A stretch of 63,724 nt of DNA, the filler included, from Kipferlia bialata (Eukaryota): the NCBI GenBank assembly GCA_003568945.1. It is 6 parts of 6 records of this genome, joined end to end, with 100 filler letters (N's around TTAATTAATTAA, not from the genome) between each part and the next. Parts side by side here need not be neighbours in the genome. Positions count along the whole stretch, not along the records: positions 1 to 13,521 come from BDIP01000936.1; positions 13,622 to 27,120 come from BDIP01000937.1; 4 more parts are not named here. One strand, written 5' to 3'. Numbering within the stretch: the first letter of the stretch is position 1; each line of letters opens with the position of its first letter. The notes below the pieces were generated by a model, which saw nothing but the letters and a program-made list of their open reading frames with translations, was not told where the DNA came from and did not search any database. Position numbers and translations under genes: made by a program. Below are positions 1 to 13,692 of this stretch, in pieces.

Positions 1-5
1 ATATT

Positions 6-59
<54 letters not shown>

Positions 60-60
<1 letters not shown>

Positions 61-885
61 GCGTTCTCAATGGGCATCAGGCCTGGGGGTGAGGTGTACT
101 GGTATATGGATCATCATATTCATCCACAACATACCCATATACATACTGCACTGTACCTGTGACTATTCACTATGAAATAGTATATATATGAATATTGATA
201 TACCTGTGTCCTGACTGGCTGCCTGGGACAGAAGGCCAAAAGCACCGCCTGGGGTAGGGGGTCATATATGTATACATATGCATATATATACATATATAGT
301 AGTAGAGAGTGCTGGAGGAGAGAGAGAGAGAGGGAGATATAGTACAATGCAGAGGAGACCAGAGGTACCACATGGAGTGAGAGATATAATACAAAGAGAC
401 AGATTATGAGATTGTAAATCCAACATAAACGGCGGATTAGAAGTCTGTAGCAGTATTGCTTGATTACATACCCTTGCCCTCGGCAGCTGCCCTGCTCCTC
501 TCTCTCTCTCTCTCCCTCATTCAAAACATGTACATACATACTATATATACATATACATATATATATACATATATATATAGACTTACCCTTGCCCTCTGCC
601 GCTGCCCTGCTCCTCTCTGTCACGTTCTGGAGGACACCAGCTGGGTGTTAGATACACAAGCACATATATATAGAGAGAGAAATGGATAGTGACACACTAG
701 ATGTTCAAATACAATAATTCAAAGTATAATTATAATATATTCAGTACTATATCCGTCTATACCTCTGGGTGGAAAGAGTCCTGATGGCACCTCTCCCGCA
801 GATGCTCCCTCTCTCTCTCCCTCCTCCCCTGTCTCTCCGGCATCGGATGCCAGGACATTGAAGGGGGTGCTCTCCTATAGGGTAA

Positions 886-939
<54 letters not shown>

Positions 940-2519
940 AAGATCTCATCAAATACACATACTCTACCTGGTTCTCCTGGGGTGTCTCATACACCCAGCA
1001 TATATATATTTATATATATGTGTGTGTGTGTATATATAGTATATTGTATATAATGGAATGTAATCATGTATATTCTCTACCTGGTTCTCCTGGGGTGTCT
1101 CATAGACAGTGGAGAGGGGGAACCTCTCTCCCTCCACAGTGGGGGTATCACTGGTGGCGGTCTTGGCTGAAAGTGAGACACTATATACTATATGTATATA
1201 TAGGGAGAGAGAGAGTATACAAGTGGCGGTCTTGGCTGGCTAATCAGAAACATGTATACACTATACATGCAAACGTGGTAGGTAAGATATAGCACTACAT
1301 AGGTATCTCCATATTTGTATACAAATATAAACACCAACTCCTGGGGTGTCACTGGGTACAGTCATGGCTCATAGTGATGGGGTTTGACACTATGAATATA
1401 TAGAGTACTGTATAGTGTTACATAAGGTCTACACATACCTGGGTACTTTACTGGGTATGGCGTCACACTAAGAGGGAAGGCAGTGGATAGATGGGACACT
1501 GACTGGGAGAGAGAGAGAGAGAGAGCGCTGTCCTCCGTGTCACTCTCGTCAGTATCCACATCACTCCACTCGCCCTCTCCCTCTCCCTCTCCCTCCCCCT
1601 CCCCCTCTCTCTGCCTCCATCTGGACACCCTGTCTGCCTCGACCTCCTCGTCACTGTCCTGGGGTTATATAATATATAATAATATACACTATAAATACAT
1701 ATACTAAATCGTCACTCTCCTATGGTTATATACACTATGCACTACATAGTAATCTACACTATATATATATATGTATACATATATACTATATATATATATA
1801 CTCTGTCTGCCTCGACCTCCTCGTCACTGTCCTGACGGGTGAGATAGTGCACATAATATACATACAGTAAAAGCCACCATGTAGAGTCGTCACTGTCCTG
1901 GGGGGTTACCCTTCTAACCGTCATTGCATCTCTATAAGGATATATACCGCAATACCTCTGTCTCCTCGTCTGATGTCTGCCCCTTGTCTCTCTCTCTCTC
2001 TATATATATATCTATATATATATATAAGTACTATCACTTCCCTGTCTTACCCTAGCTCCACCCATGTCTCTGACCCCCCGAGGAAGGCTCTCTCTCACAC
2101 ACTTACTCTCCTTATACATATATATACCCTACCTCTGTCTCCTCGTCTGATGTCTGCCCTTTCTCCCTCTCCCTGTCACTGTTCATCAGTCCATAGGAGT
2201 AGGACCGGTGGCCGGTCTCACTCTCAGACAGACAGAGCCTACTAATCAGAAGGAGTTAGTGTTACACTGATAGTACAGGTATATATAGAGTATGTACAGT
2301 ATGACTAGGACCGATGGCCTGTCTCACTCTCGGAGAGACATAGTCTAGGGAAAGTAGTGTATATATACAAATATCTATATATGTACAAATACATATATAG
2401 AGAGAGAGAGAAATAGAAGACTAGAGTATATATAGGGCCAGAGAGAGAGAGGAGTCAATCTCAGACAGACATAGTGTAGGGTATGTAGTGTGTTTATACA
2501 AATATGTAGTATAGATATG

Positions 2520-2552
<33 letters not shown>

Positions 2553-2858
2553 TATGCCCTGTGGCCTGGTCTCACTCTCACACAGATGGAAGAATAATAG
2601 TATGCACACTATAAAAATTTAGAAATAGATGAAAGCTGTTGTCCTTGAAAGAATTAGTACTCATAGGAACTCTTCCCCAGAATCATAGCCATATCTACCG
2701 AATCCAACACCACTCCTACCTCTCTCCCCCAGTCTCCCTGCCACTGCCACTCATGTCTGTCTCTCTCTCTCCCTCTACACCCTTTCTCCCTCTGTGTGTT
2801 GATGGGTGGAGGATGGGCTGGTACTGGGGCTGGGTGATCTAGACATTAGAAGGTATGC

Positions 2859-2899
<41 letters not shown>

Positions 2900-3787
2900 T
2901 GCAGGATAGGCTGGTACTTGGGCTGGGTGATCTAGCGGTTAGAAGGTATGTATTTACATATATATAATGATGTATAAGGTATCAATAAGCATATATTTAC
3001 ATATATAACACATATATGATGGGCTGGTATTGGGGCTGGGTGATCTAGATGTTAGGACGGAGTGTTATACATTCACACACGTAACTGTGTAAATAAGAGA
3101 TTCTCAGTAAAAGATACCCATAGAGACCTCCCAGGGTAGGCAGTGTGACGAAGAGGTACTGCCACATACCATCTACATACAAATGAAAATGTATAATAAC
3201 ACATACGTGTATATACATAATAATACATACGTGTATTCCAGTATAACATCTAACACTTAGTGTGTATGTCCATACCTGGTTAAGCAGTGTGGCGCATAGG
3301 TACTGCCACAGACCAGCGAGGGACCGGTTGAGGACATCGACGTCCTGTCGTGAGGGGATATTCACATATATAGGAATCTGTATAGAGAGAGATATATCCG
3401 CGAGGGACCGGTTGAGGACAGGACATCGACGTCCTAGGGTGAGTATGCACATGCGTCAATATGAGTATGTACAAGAGGGTATGCAGAACAGTACACACAC
3501 GCACACAGTGAAAGAGAGCTTAGATAATGAACGGCTGAGGACATCGACATCCAATGGTAAGGGGCCAGAGAGAGAGAGAGGGAGAGAGAGGGAAAGAGGA
3601 TATATGTATGTATCCCTATACAAACCTGGCTAGTGGGGTTGGATAGGGTATCCCCTGTCTGTGTCCTCTCTCTCTCTCTCTCTCTCTCTCTACATGTAGA
3701 TATATACATAGATACGTACCTGGCTAGTGGGGTTTGACAGCGTGTCCCCAGTCTGTGTCCTCTCAATGAACTCTCTCTCTCTCTATC

Positions 3788-3819
<32 letters not shown>

Positions 3820-6800
3820 GATATGTACCTGGCTAGTGGGGTTACTGAGTGTGTCCCCAGTCTGGGTTCTCTCGATGAACTCGAGGAAGTCTCTGGCGGC
3901 ACTAAGAAGGACCTATAATTAGAATACATGGAGAAAGAGAGAGATATCCATGAACTGAGAGAGGGGGAGAGAGAGATATCCATGAACTCTAGGAAGTCAC
4001 GGGCGGCACTAAGAAGGACCTACAGTAACGGTATACTAATGTACATATCAATATACAGGGGGTGCGAAAGAGAGAGAAACTGAGAGAGAACATCAATCTC
4101 TAGCGGCACTAAGGTGGAAGTGTTTGTATACAATTTGTCATTTTGATATAGATCTACTTCATATCACCACATACCTCGTCAGGATCCACCCCTCCCTCCT
4201 CCCTCTCCCCAGGCCACTGCTGGGGCAGGGGGATCTTCTTGGTGCGGCGCCTGGATGTTGAGTACGTGTGAGTGTTTCGCATATAATAGCAATTGTACAA
4301 CTGCAATGATTATACAGTTGTAGGCACATATGATGTCTGGTCATTTCCATACCTCTGCATAACTCTCCACCACTGGGGACCCTTCTCCCCACCCTTCCCC
4401 TTCCCCTTGCGCCCTCTCCCTCTCCTACCCTTCCCCCTCTGGAATCTCTCTCTCTCCCTGTCCCGGTCTCTCATGCCATACAGCCTCACACCCTGAAGGT
4501 AAAAAGGGTGTAGGAGGAGAGAGTATGTGTATTTGTGAAAAAGGGTGCAAGCGGAGAGAGTATGTGTGTTTGTGTAAAGAGGGGGCAGAGAGAGAGAGAG
4601 AGAGAGAGAGATACCTCAGGTGGACTGGTACTGGCCCTCCTCAGTACAAATATACATGTATATACTATAAGTATGGTCTTATCACATGCAAAATACATGT
4701 GATTTAGTATAGTATGTATGAATTATGTATAATATATGTACCTCAGGTGGGCTGCTGGTACTGGCCCTCCTGAATACATATATATACAAATATATACTAT
4801 GAATATACTATTAGTATTTTCAGACATAACACTATATACTGTACATATATGTAATGAATATAGCACATATATGTAATGAATATAATTCTATAATAATCAT
4901 ATACCTCAGGTGGACTACTGGTACTGGCCCTCCTCAGTGACCATCCAACATCCTCCTCTCCCTCTCCCTCTCCCTCTCTATCCCATAGAGATGAGGATGT
5001 GTGGATGCCACGACCGGCGGTAGTCTCTCTCTCTCTCTCCCTCTCTGCCCCCTTAGGGCCGGGCCACTTGAGACGCTGGGGATGAATACACTACTAAAAG
5101 CAATAGCATTTTTACTCATAGTTTATACTCTATACTCATATATGTCCACTTCAGACGCTGGGGATAAGTGTACACAATTATGTACAATACAAGACTTACA
5201 TTATATATGCTATACATACCTGGGGCGATATAGACAGAGGTGAGCGTGTGAGTGGCGACAGGGCATGGCTGAAGTGGCCCATGGAATATATATGTATATA
5301 CATATATAATCTATATAGAATATGCAAGGGAAGTATATCACATGGTATATGTATGTGTGTATTTGTATATACCTGGGGTGATATGGAGAGTGGGGATCTG
5401 GTCAGAGGTGACAGTGCATGGCTGAAGTGGCCCATGGAGTAGTCCCCATCCCCATCCATCTCTCCCTCTATGCGCATGGTGGGGAGGGGTGCCCTTCTCT
5501 AGGGGTGAGCACAGTAACAATATGTATATACTATATATATATATGTATATGTATATGTGTATATATGTATATATATTGCGCATGGTAGGGAGGGGGTGCC
5601 TTCTCTGGATATAAGAGAGTACAGAGATGCTATTGTATAAGTCCAGCTGACCAATTATTGCTCTCTATGTACTATATGTATATATATGTATATATATGTG
5701 GATGCGCATGGTGGGAAGGGGGTGCCTTCCCTAGATGTGAGTGTGTTGAAACACCATATACATACTATAAATATATATGTATGTATATATTGGTGTACAT
5801 ATATATATATATATTATACTTGTTAGTATACACATGGCAGGCAGTGCAGGTCTATTCTAGGGGTGAGCACAGTAACCACTATCCATAATAGTGCATATAT
5901 GTACTCTATAGATGCCTCACTCTCTCTCCACATAGTGTATATATATACGTTAAGAAATTCATATATATACTCTCGTCAATACACACCCATATGGGTATTG
6001 GCCTATATGTTATGTGTATACATATATCCTTCAATACAAGCGTACCTGCATCGGTGGGCTCTCTCTCTCTCTCTCATGCCCCTGCCCTTCATACATGCAT
6101 ATACACGAATAAGTACATACACTTCTAGACACTCACATGTAAATAGTTAGTACCTGCAGTACTATTATAAGCGTTACTACACATCCTACCTGCATCGGTG
6201 GGCTCTCCCCCATCCCCCTGCCCTTCATGCCCTTGACAACGCCTGGGGGGTTAGATTGTGTATGTGGCCAGAATTCATGGTATATGTGGTATAAAGTAGA
6301 GTATATAGAAACGCATATATACTATATCCTTGCTCTGCATGCCCTTGACAACGCCTGGAGGGTTAGAGAGATATAGTAGAGGAATATATAGTGTATAGTA
6401 TATAGTAGACCATATATATAGTATATAGTAGATCATATATATATGTAGTTTAGTAGGGATATATATACAATGAATCAAGAAATCCTGCCCTTCATGCCCT
6501 TGACAACGCAGGGTTAGGCAGACATAGAATTTATGTATGTGGACAGGGAGTAAAGCAAACGGCTGGAGGTAGAATTGCATTGAGCCCGTCAAGTATCCTG
6601 TATGACTACGCCTGAGTGCATATATATAGAGAGAGTTATAGAGTACACCCAGCCTAGAACGACCCTATGGACAGCATGGAGTCATACCATATGTATATAT
6701 ACAAGTACATAGTATGCTTATGATACTTATACATACTTCCATAAACATGTATCCGTATATATATATATGTACATACCCTTGAATGGCCCTATGGACAGCA

Positions 6801-8972
6801 TCGAGTCGATGGCCTTCTGCCAGGCAGAGGAGGCATCTGAGGATTAGACACAAAAGAGTATATATATATATAGAGTATATATAGAGTATATATATATATA
6901 TATAGGGAGAGGAAGTGAGAGTGAGAGAGACAGAGATACAGGGTTCTGCCAGGCAGAGGAGGCGTCTGGGGGTTAGACACATATACACACGCACATCTAT
7001 ACACAAATTGCGATTACATGTGAAAGGTATATGAGTCAATATTATTTAGGAGATACATGTATGTGTGCAGACAGAGAGATATCAGACGGGGTATCTAGGC
7101 ACGAGAAGTAACTCACACATATCCTCTATAGAGAGAGACCCCATGTATATACACAGGGGGAGGCTCAACCACTCACCCTCGACCTCTGGCTCTGCGGGTC
7201 TATCTCTCTCCCTGTCTCTCTCTCTCTCCCTGATCACGATGGTGTCACTGGGATGAGTATATATATATATATATACATAGCACATACTATACAGATAGTA
7301 TATACCACAGCCCTCTCTCTCCCCCTGATCACAATGGTGTCGCTGGAATAAGAATATATAATAGTAGTATATTCTCATGTGTCGCTGGGATGCGGCTGTT
7401 ACACTATAAACTATGTATGCTCTATATGCATATGCATAACACACACTCACACTCACCCCTTTGCCTTTAATAAAGTAATTAGTCAGTATAAGGACCTGTA
7501 TACTAAGATATGTATACAATACATCTATATATAGTATACTCACCCCTTTGCCTTCCTGGGGTTCTTGGCCAGGTGGGCCTGGAAGCGCTTGAACCTAGGG
7601 GTTAAGAGAACTATACATATATAATCAAATGTGTGTATAGCAGTAGAATAGAATAGATTAGATATATATGTGTGCCAATGTAAATAGGTGGGCCTGGAAG
7701 CGCTTGAACCTAGGGTGTTAGTGTGCACGTAAATTTGTATTCAAATATACATTCATATGTGTGTGTATGTGTGAATGCAAAGGCAATAGGCCTTGAATCT
7801 CTTAAACCTAAATGTCAATGAAGATGAAGTGTGTCTTCAGATACACGCATAGAGAGAGACACAAATCCGGGCCTATAAACATCACGACCCTACATAGATA
7901 CGTAATCTCATGCACACAATTACACATACCTCTGGAGCGATGCCAGCTTGAGGTTGGACACAGAGCCACCGACCTGGAGTGAGTGACACTTACATACGCA
8001 AATACACACATATATATACACACATATGTATGTGTGTATATTAATATATGTATGTGTAAGGCTTGAGGTTGGAGTCACCCACCTGGAGTGGAGTACATAT
8101 CTACAAGAGTATACATCTGGATCTTGTGGCATCAGTGCAAATATATCAAGCCAGTGCCAGAGTTCCCGGTATACAGGGATATATGTTCATAGATAGAGTT
8201 ATAGTTACCACTATGGAGTTGTATGTATCCTGCGTATGTATCCCAGTACCAGAGATCCAGGCAGTGTCTCTGTCTATACCTCTCGTCAACATATTTACAA
8301 TAATTGAAATACATAAAGTGTATTGATATAATGCGAGAGTGGCAGGTATTATTATGCGTATTAAAACAAAAACCTCGACAACGTGTACTACACACTATAT
8401 TCAAATACACACACCTGGTTCAGCATTCTGACGGATATGCTAGCCACCACCATCTGATACACCACAAAGGCATCTGGCCCCTTCTTAGACCCTTGGGACT
8501 CTGCAACTGTAGCAGTCATGGCATTCCTGGTATTAAATATATATACAATAACATATTTATATATATATACCTATATATGTGTGGAGTATATATTGGTATT
8601 CATTAGTTGCTTGACTGTCAGCCACAGTGGCAGTCATGGCATTCCTAATGATAAGACCATGTGTATGCATCCACAAACACACATGAGTGCATAAGAATAT
8701 GACAGAATGTGTATACTGTATACTACAGCTACATATATACACACCTCAGAGCGTTGAATGCTGCCACCTGCTCTGGGTTGGTCTGGTCGGACAGGTGCTC
8801 TGAAGGGTTAGAGATGTATATATATCCATATACTTATAGAGTTATGTAAATATACAATAACAAGTAGTAGGAGAGAAAGAGATATACTGCTCTGGGTCGG
8901 TCTGGTCGGACAGGTGCTCTGAAGGATAAGGGGATAGTCATGAAGATATAGTTAAATATATATAGTTACTGG

Positions 8973-9006
<34 letters not shown>

Positions 9007-11311
9007 CACTGCTCTGGGTTGGTCTGGTCGGACAGGTGCTCTGGGAGGTTAGGTAACAAACACAAGTATAGATGTCTGTATACACTCACATATATATATA
9101 TAATAGTATCAGAGAGAGAGAGACATATGTTTACTGATATGGGTTGGTCTGGTCAGACAGGTGCTCTGGGGGTTATGTTCAGTATGAGTATATGAACACA
9201 GATATTCCATTATATACTGAGGTGTAGAACATCTACTCATACACATACCTAGTCTCAGGCTGGGAGGCCGTCTCTCTATATATATAATGTATACATATGC
9301 TCTATTCACATATACACATTCATATCGCATACTATACTATACACATACCCAGTCTGAGGCTGGGTGGCCGTATATACACAGGTATATATACAGGTATATA
9401 TATATATGTATATATGGATGGTGCCCCTAGACTAATCCATTAAAGTATAAATATATACTTCTATGCACACCTATTCTCAGGCTGGGAGGCCGTCTCTTCC
9501 GGCCCTTCCTAGATCTCTTGGCCTTGGCACGGCTGGATATGAGTGTAATCACTTGATACATACGTATATACAATAATACATAGTAGCAAATGTATATAAT
9601 GCATGTGTGTACTTCCTAGATCTCTTGGCCTTGGCACGGCTGGATGTAAGGGTATATGTATACACATATATACTAGAGTATTCAGTAATTAATGAATGTA
9701 ACGTGTGAATATCTAACGGCTGGAATCAGAACAACAGAACAATAACGAACAAAAACGAACAAAAACGAAGAACAAGGAACAACACAGAACATGGTTGGAC
9801 AAGGAAAGGCTGCGGCAAGAGGATCCACAATATATACACAATAATACTGGATACAATACTGACGTATGAGGTTAGTAATTATGAATATGAACAGTATAAT
9901 GTATTTGCACACACACCTAGACCCGTAGTCAAAGCTATGCCACCAGCCCTCTATATATGTATGTATATATACTTATATATATTAATGTATACACACATCT
10001 GTATGTACCTATATATTCATACATATGTAAATGTATACAATTAGGTATACCTAGACCCATAGTCAAAGCTGAGCCTCCTCCCCAAGGGCTGTCTACCACC
10101 CCTCTCTCTCTCCCTCTCTCCACCTCTCTCTAGGGTGGAAGGAGAGTCAGGGTCACGCTTCTGGAACCTATTGCATTAGAAACATGGATAAGACAGATAC
10201 AATATATGAATATATGTCATACAATCAGTATCTCTTCGGAGAGTCAGGGTCACGCTTCTGGAACCTGATATAGGTAAAAGGGAGTAGTATCAATATATAT
10301 AAGTAACACAATACAGTCTATCCAATACCTTAGTGTCCACCCCCTCCTAACCCTGTCTCTCTCTCTCCACATATCTACCTCTCCATCTATATTCATACTA
10401 ATATAATGATATACACAAACACGATAGAGTTGCAGTATAGCACATGAGTATACCTGGGCGTCCACCCCCTCCTGACCCTGTCTCTCTCTCTCTCCAACTG
10501 TCTCCTCCTCTTCTTCTGATGGTTAGGACATACCCATATGCAAACAGTGCCAAATGTTAACAGAAAACATGTGATACACTCCGCCTATATCGTTACCTTC
10601 TGCTTGGGTGTCAGTTCATCATATAACCAATAATCCAACCGATGACTCTCTCTCTCTCTCTCCTTCTATATATATATACATATATATATCATGCATTCAG
10701 TATATATTTATATATATATATATACCTTCTGCTTGGGTGTCAGCTCATCGTCAGTGTGCACTAGCCTGGAGTTTAGAAGGGGTATACTATCACTATTGCA
10801 AAAAATGGATTTTATAGACCTCCCAATGGAAAGGTATTGTGGATTAGAAATACTGATATATTGATTGATTAGCTAGGGGATGTGAGTGCATCCATGGTAT
10901 ACAGTCAAGAGAGAGATTCCGATCAATTGACTGCAGTCAATCAATCAATAAATCAATCAATTGATTACCTGGGTGATGTGAGTGCATCCATCGGAAGGTC
11001 CATCTCGTTGGTGTCTCTCTCCCTCTCGCTCTCCCGCTGGCTCCTGGGGGGTGAGTACAGACATGTATACATACTATACATACATCTACATACTATATAT
11101 ATACTATATATACTATACTATAGATACTATACATATATACACTATATATATTCTCCCGCTGGCTCCTGGGGGGTGAACACCTCTACACACACACATCTCA
11201 CACCTCTCTACTAAGTATATACCTATATACTATACATGCATCAATCTCTCTCTCTCTCTCAATATATATATATCCTATACATACCTAATCCCTCTCTTGT
11301 GATGTCTGGCC

Positions 11312-11349
<38 letters not shown>

Positions 11350-13150
11350 GTGTGTGTACATGTGCATATTACCTTATGCCCCTCTTGTGATGTCTGGCCC
11401 TCTCCCTGGCTATCTGCATCTCTCTCTCTCTCTNNNNNNNNNNNNNNNNNNNNNNNNNNNNNNNNNNNNNNNNNNNNNNNNNNNNNNNNNNNNNNNNNNN
11501 NNNNNNNNNNNNNNNNNNNNNNNNNNNNNNNNNNNNNNNNNNNNNNNNNNNNNNNNNNNNNNNNNNNNNNNNNNNNNNNNNNNNNNNNNNNNNNNNNNNN
11601 NNNNNNNNNNNNNNNNNNNNNNNNNNNNNNNNNNNNNNNNNNNNNNNNNNNNNNNNNNNNNNNNNNNNNNNNNNNNNNNNNNNNNNNNNNNNNNNNNNNN
11701 NNNNNNNNNNNNNNNNNNNNNNNNNNNNNNNNNNNNNNNNNNNNNNNNNNNNNNNNNNNNNNNNNNNNNNNNNNNNNNNNNNNNNNNNNNNNNNNNNNNN
11801 NNNNNNNNNNNNNNNNNNNNNNNNNNNNNNNNNNNNNNNNNNNNNNNNNNNNNNNNNNNNNNNNNNNNNNNNNNNNNNNNNNNNNNNNNNNNNNNNNNNN
11901 NNNNNNNNNNNNNNNNNNNNNNNNNNNNNNNNNNNNNNNNNNNNNNNNNNNNNNNNNNNNNNNNNNNNNNNNNNNNNNNNNNNNNNNNNNNNNNNNNNNN
12001 NNNNNNNNNNNNNNNNNNNNNNNNNNNNNNNNNNNNNNNNNNNNNNNNNNNNNNNNNNNNNNNNNNNNNNNNNNNNNNNNNNNNNNNNNNNNNNNNNNNN
12101 NNNNNNNNNNNNNNNNNNNNNNNNNNNNNNNNNNNNNNNNNNNNNNNNNNNNNNNNNNNNNNNNNNNNNNNNNNNNNNNNNNNNNNNNNNNNNNNNNNNN
12201 NNNNNNNNNNNNNNNNNNNNNNNNNNNNNNNNNNNNNNNNNNNNNNNNNNNNNNNNNNNNNNNNNNNNNNNNNNNNNNNNNNNNNNNNNNNNNNNNNNNN
12301 NNNNNNNNNNNNNNNNNNNNNNNNNNNNNNNNNNNNNNNNNNNNNNNNNNNNNNNNNNNNNNNNNNNNNNNNNNNNNNNNNNNNNNCTAATACCCCTCTT
12401 GTGATGTCTGGCCCTCTCCCTGGCTATCTGCTTCTCTCTCTTCATCCTGCCCTTGTCCAGCTTCCTAGGGGGTTAGAATGGGTATATACACAATATGTAT
12501 AGTATATATATAATGATATTACTATGTATGATACTATATATGATATCATATATCTATCTATATATATATATATATAGTAGTAGTAATAGTAGTAGTAGTA
12601 TATAGTATATAGTGCATATAGTACATGTGGTATCTCTCTTCATTCTGCCCGTGTCCATTATCTTAGGGTTAGAATACACATACATAGATCGCATTGAGTA
12701 TATATTGTGTATAGTGTAGTGTATACTGGAGTATTCCAGTTTCCTCGGGTAAGAGTGTATATCCATACATTTAGAATGCTAGAATATAGTGATATCGAAT
12801 ACTATATGTCTCTCTTCATCCTACCCTTGTCCAGGTTCCTATAATAATCAATTGATGATAACCAATCAATCAATTGATTACTATACATACACACCTAATG
12901 TGCCTGGCTCTCTTTGCCATCAGCTTGGCCCGTCGCCTCCTCTCTCTCTCTCTCTCCTTCTCCCCCTCTCTCCCTCTCTCCCCTGTGTCGGAAGGGGTGG
13001 CTCTAGGCATATCGAGGGGGAGAGGCCTCCTGGGGGTAAGGAAGAGATGCTCACTCATACATATACATATGTGTTATATGGGTATATATGCCCTGTGTTT
13101 GAGGGGGTGGCTCTAAGCATATCCAGTGGAAGGGGGCGTCTGGAGTGAGA
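60..13150 (-). CDS. Large multi-exon hypothetical low-complexity protein (partial, about 30 short exons)
   Basis: GC-rich blocks bounded on the minus strand by CTNAC..YAG acceptors and GT donors splice into sensible peptides (RNAMTATVAESQGSKKGPDALVVYQMVVASISVRMLNQ; VLLSAARDFLEFIERTQTGDTLSNPTSQ; FKRFQAHLAKNPRKAKG). No family recognised; it could be more than one gene. Confidence 0.55.
11434..12386. other. Scaffold gap (N run)
   Basis: Plain N run; smaller gaps near 50866-50967 and 62533-62565. Confidence 0.98.
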
Positions 13151-13299
13151 TTGGTGGGAGAGAGAGACAGAGTAAGAGAGAGAGAGAGAGGCCTAGGCAT
13201 ATCTAAAGGAAGAGGAGACCTAGAGTGAGAGAGATAGGACAGACAGAGAGAGAGAAGATGATAGAGAGACATGACCTAGGCTCAAAGATGGCACCTTAG

Positions 13300-13383
13300 A
13301 GTGTGTGAGAGAGAGGACAGAGAGAGTACAGAGAGAGGGGACAGAGAGAGAGAGAGAGAGGACAGAGAGAGAGAGAGAGAGGG

Positions 13384-13417
<34 letters not shown>

Positions 13418-13464
13418 AGAGAGGCAGTGTCTGAAGTAGTATGGTGAAGGAGATTGAATGGGAG

Positions 13465-13521
<57 letters not shown>
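13300..13521. repeat. (GA)n / GGACAGA microsatellite at segment end
   Basis: Long GA runs seen directly; similar (GA)n, (TA)n and poly-G/C tracts occur throughout introns and at most segment ends. Confidence 0.95.
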
Positions 13522-13621
13522 NNNNNNNNNNNNNNNNNNNNNNNNNNNNNNNNNNNNNNNNNNNNTTAATTAATTAANNNNNNNNNNNNNNNNNNNNNNN
13601 NNNNNNNNNNNNNNNNNNNNN
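13522..13621. other. Artificial 100-bp spacer (N44-TTAATTAATTAA-N44)
   Basis: Six-frame stop linker flanked by Ns; identical spacers at 27121-27220, 40717-40816, 54309-54408 and 60185-60284. Confidence 0.97.
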
Positions 13622-13628
13622 CTTTTTT

Positions 13629-13662
<34 letters not shown>

Positions 13663-13692
13663 CAGCTTCCCCCACTTGTATCTCATCTCTAG

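Noticed and set aside
120..13272. Most short ORFs in the supplied track (YIYI, SLSL, ERER rich)
   Set aside because: Translations of intronic TA/GA microsatellites; the real coding sequence is split into short exons.
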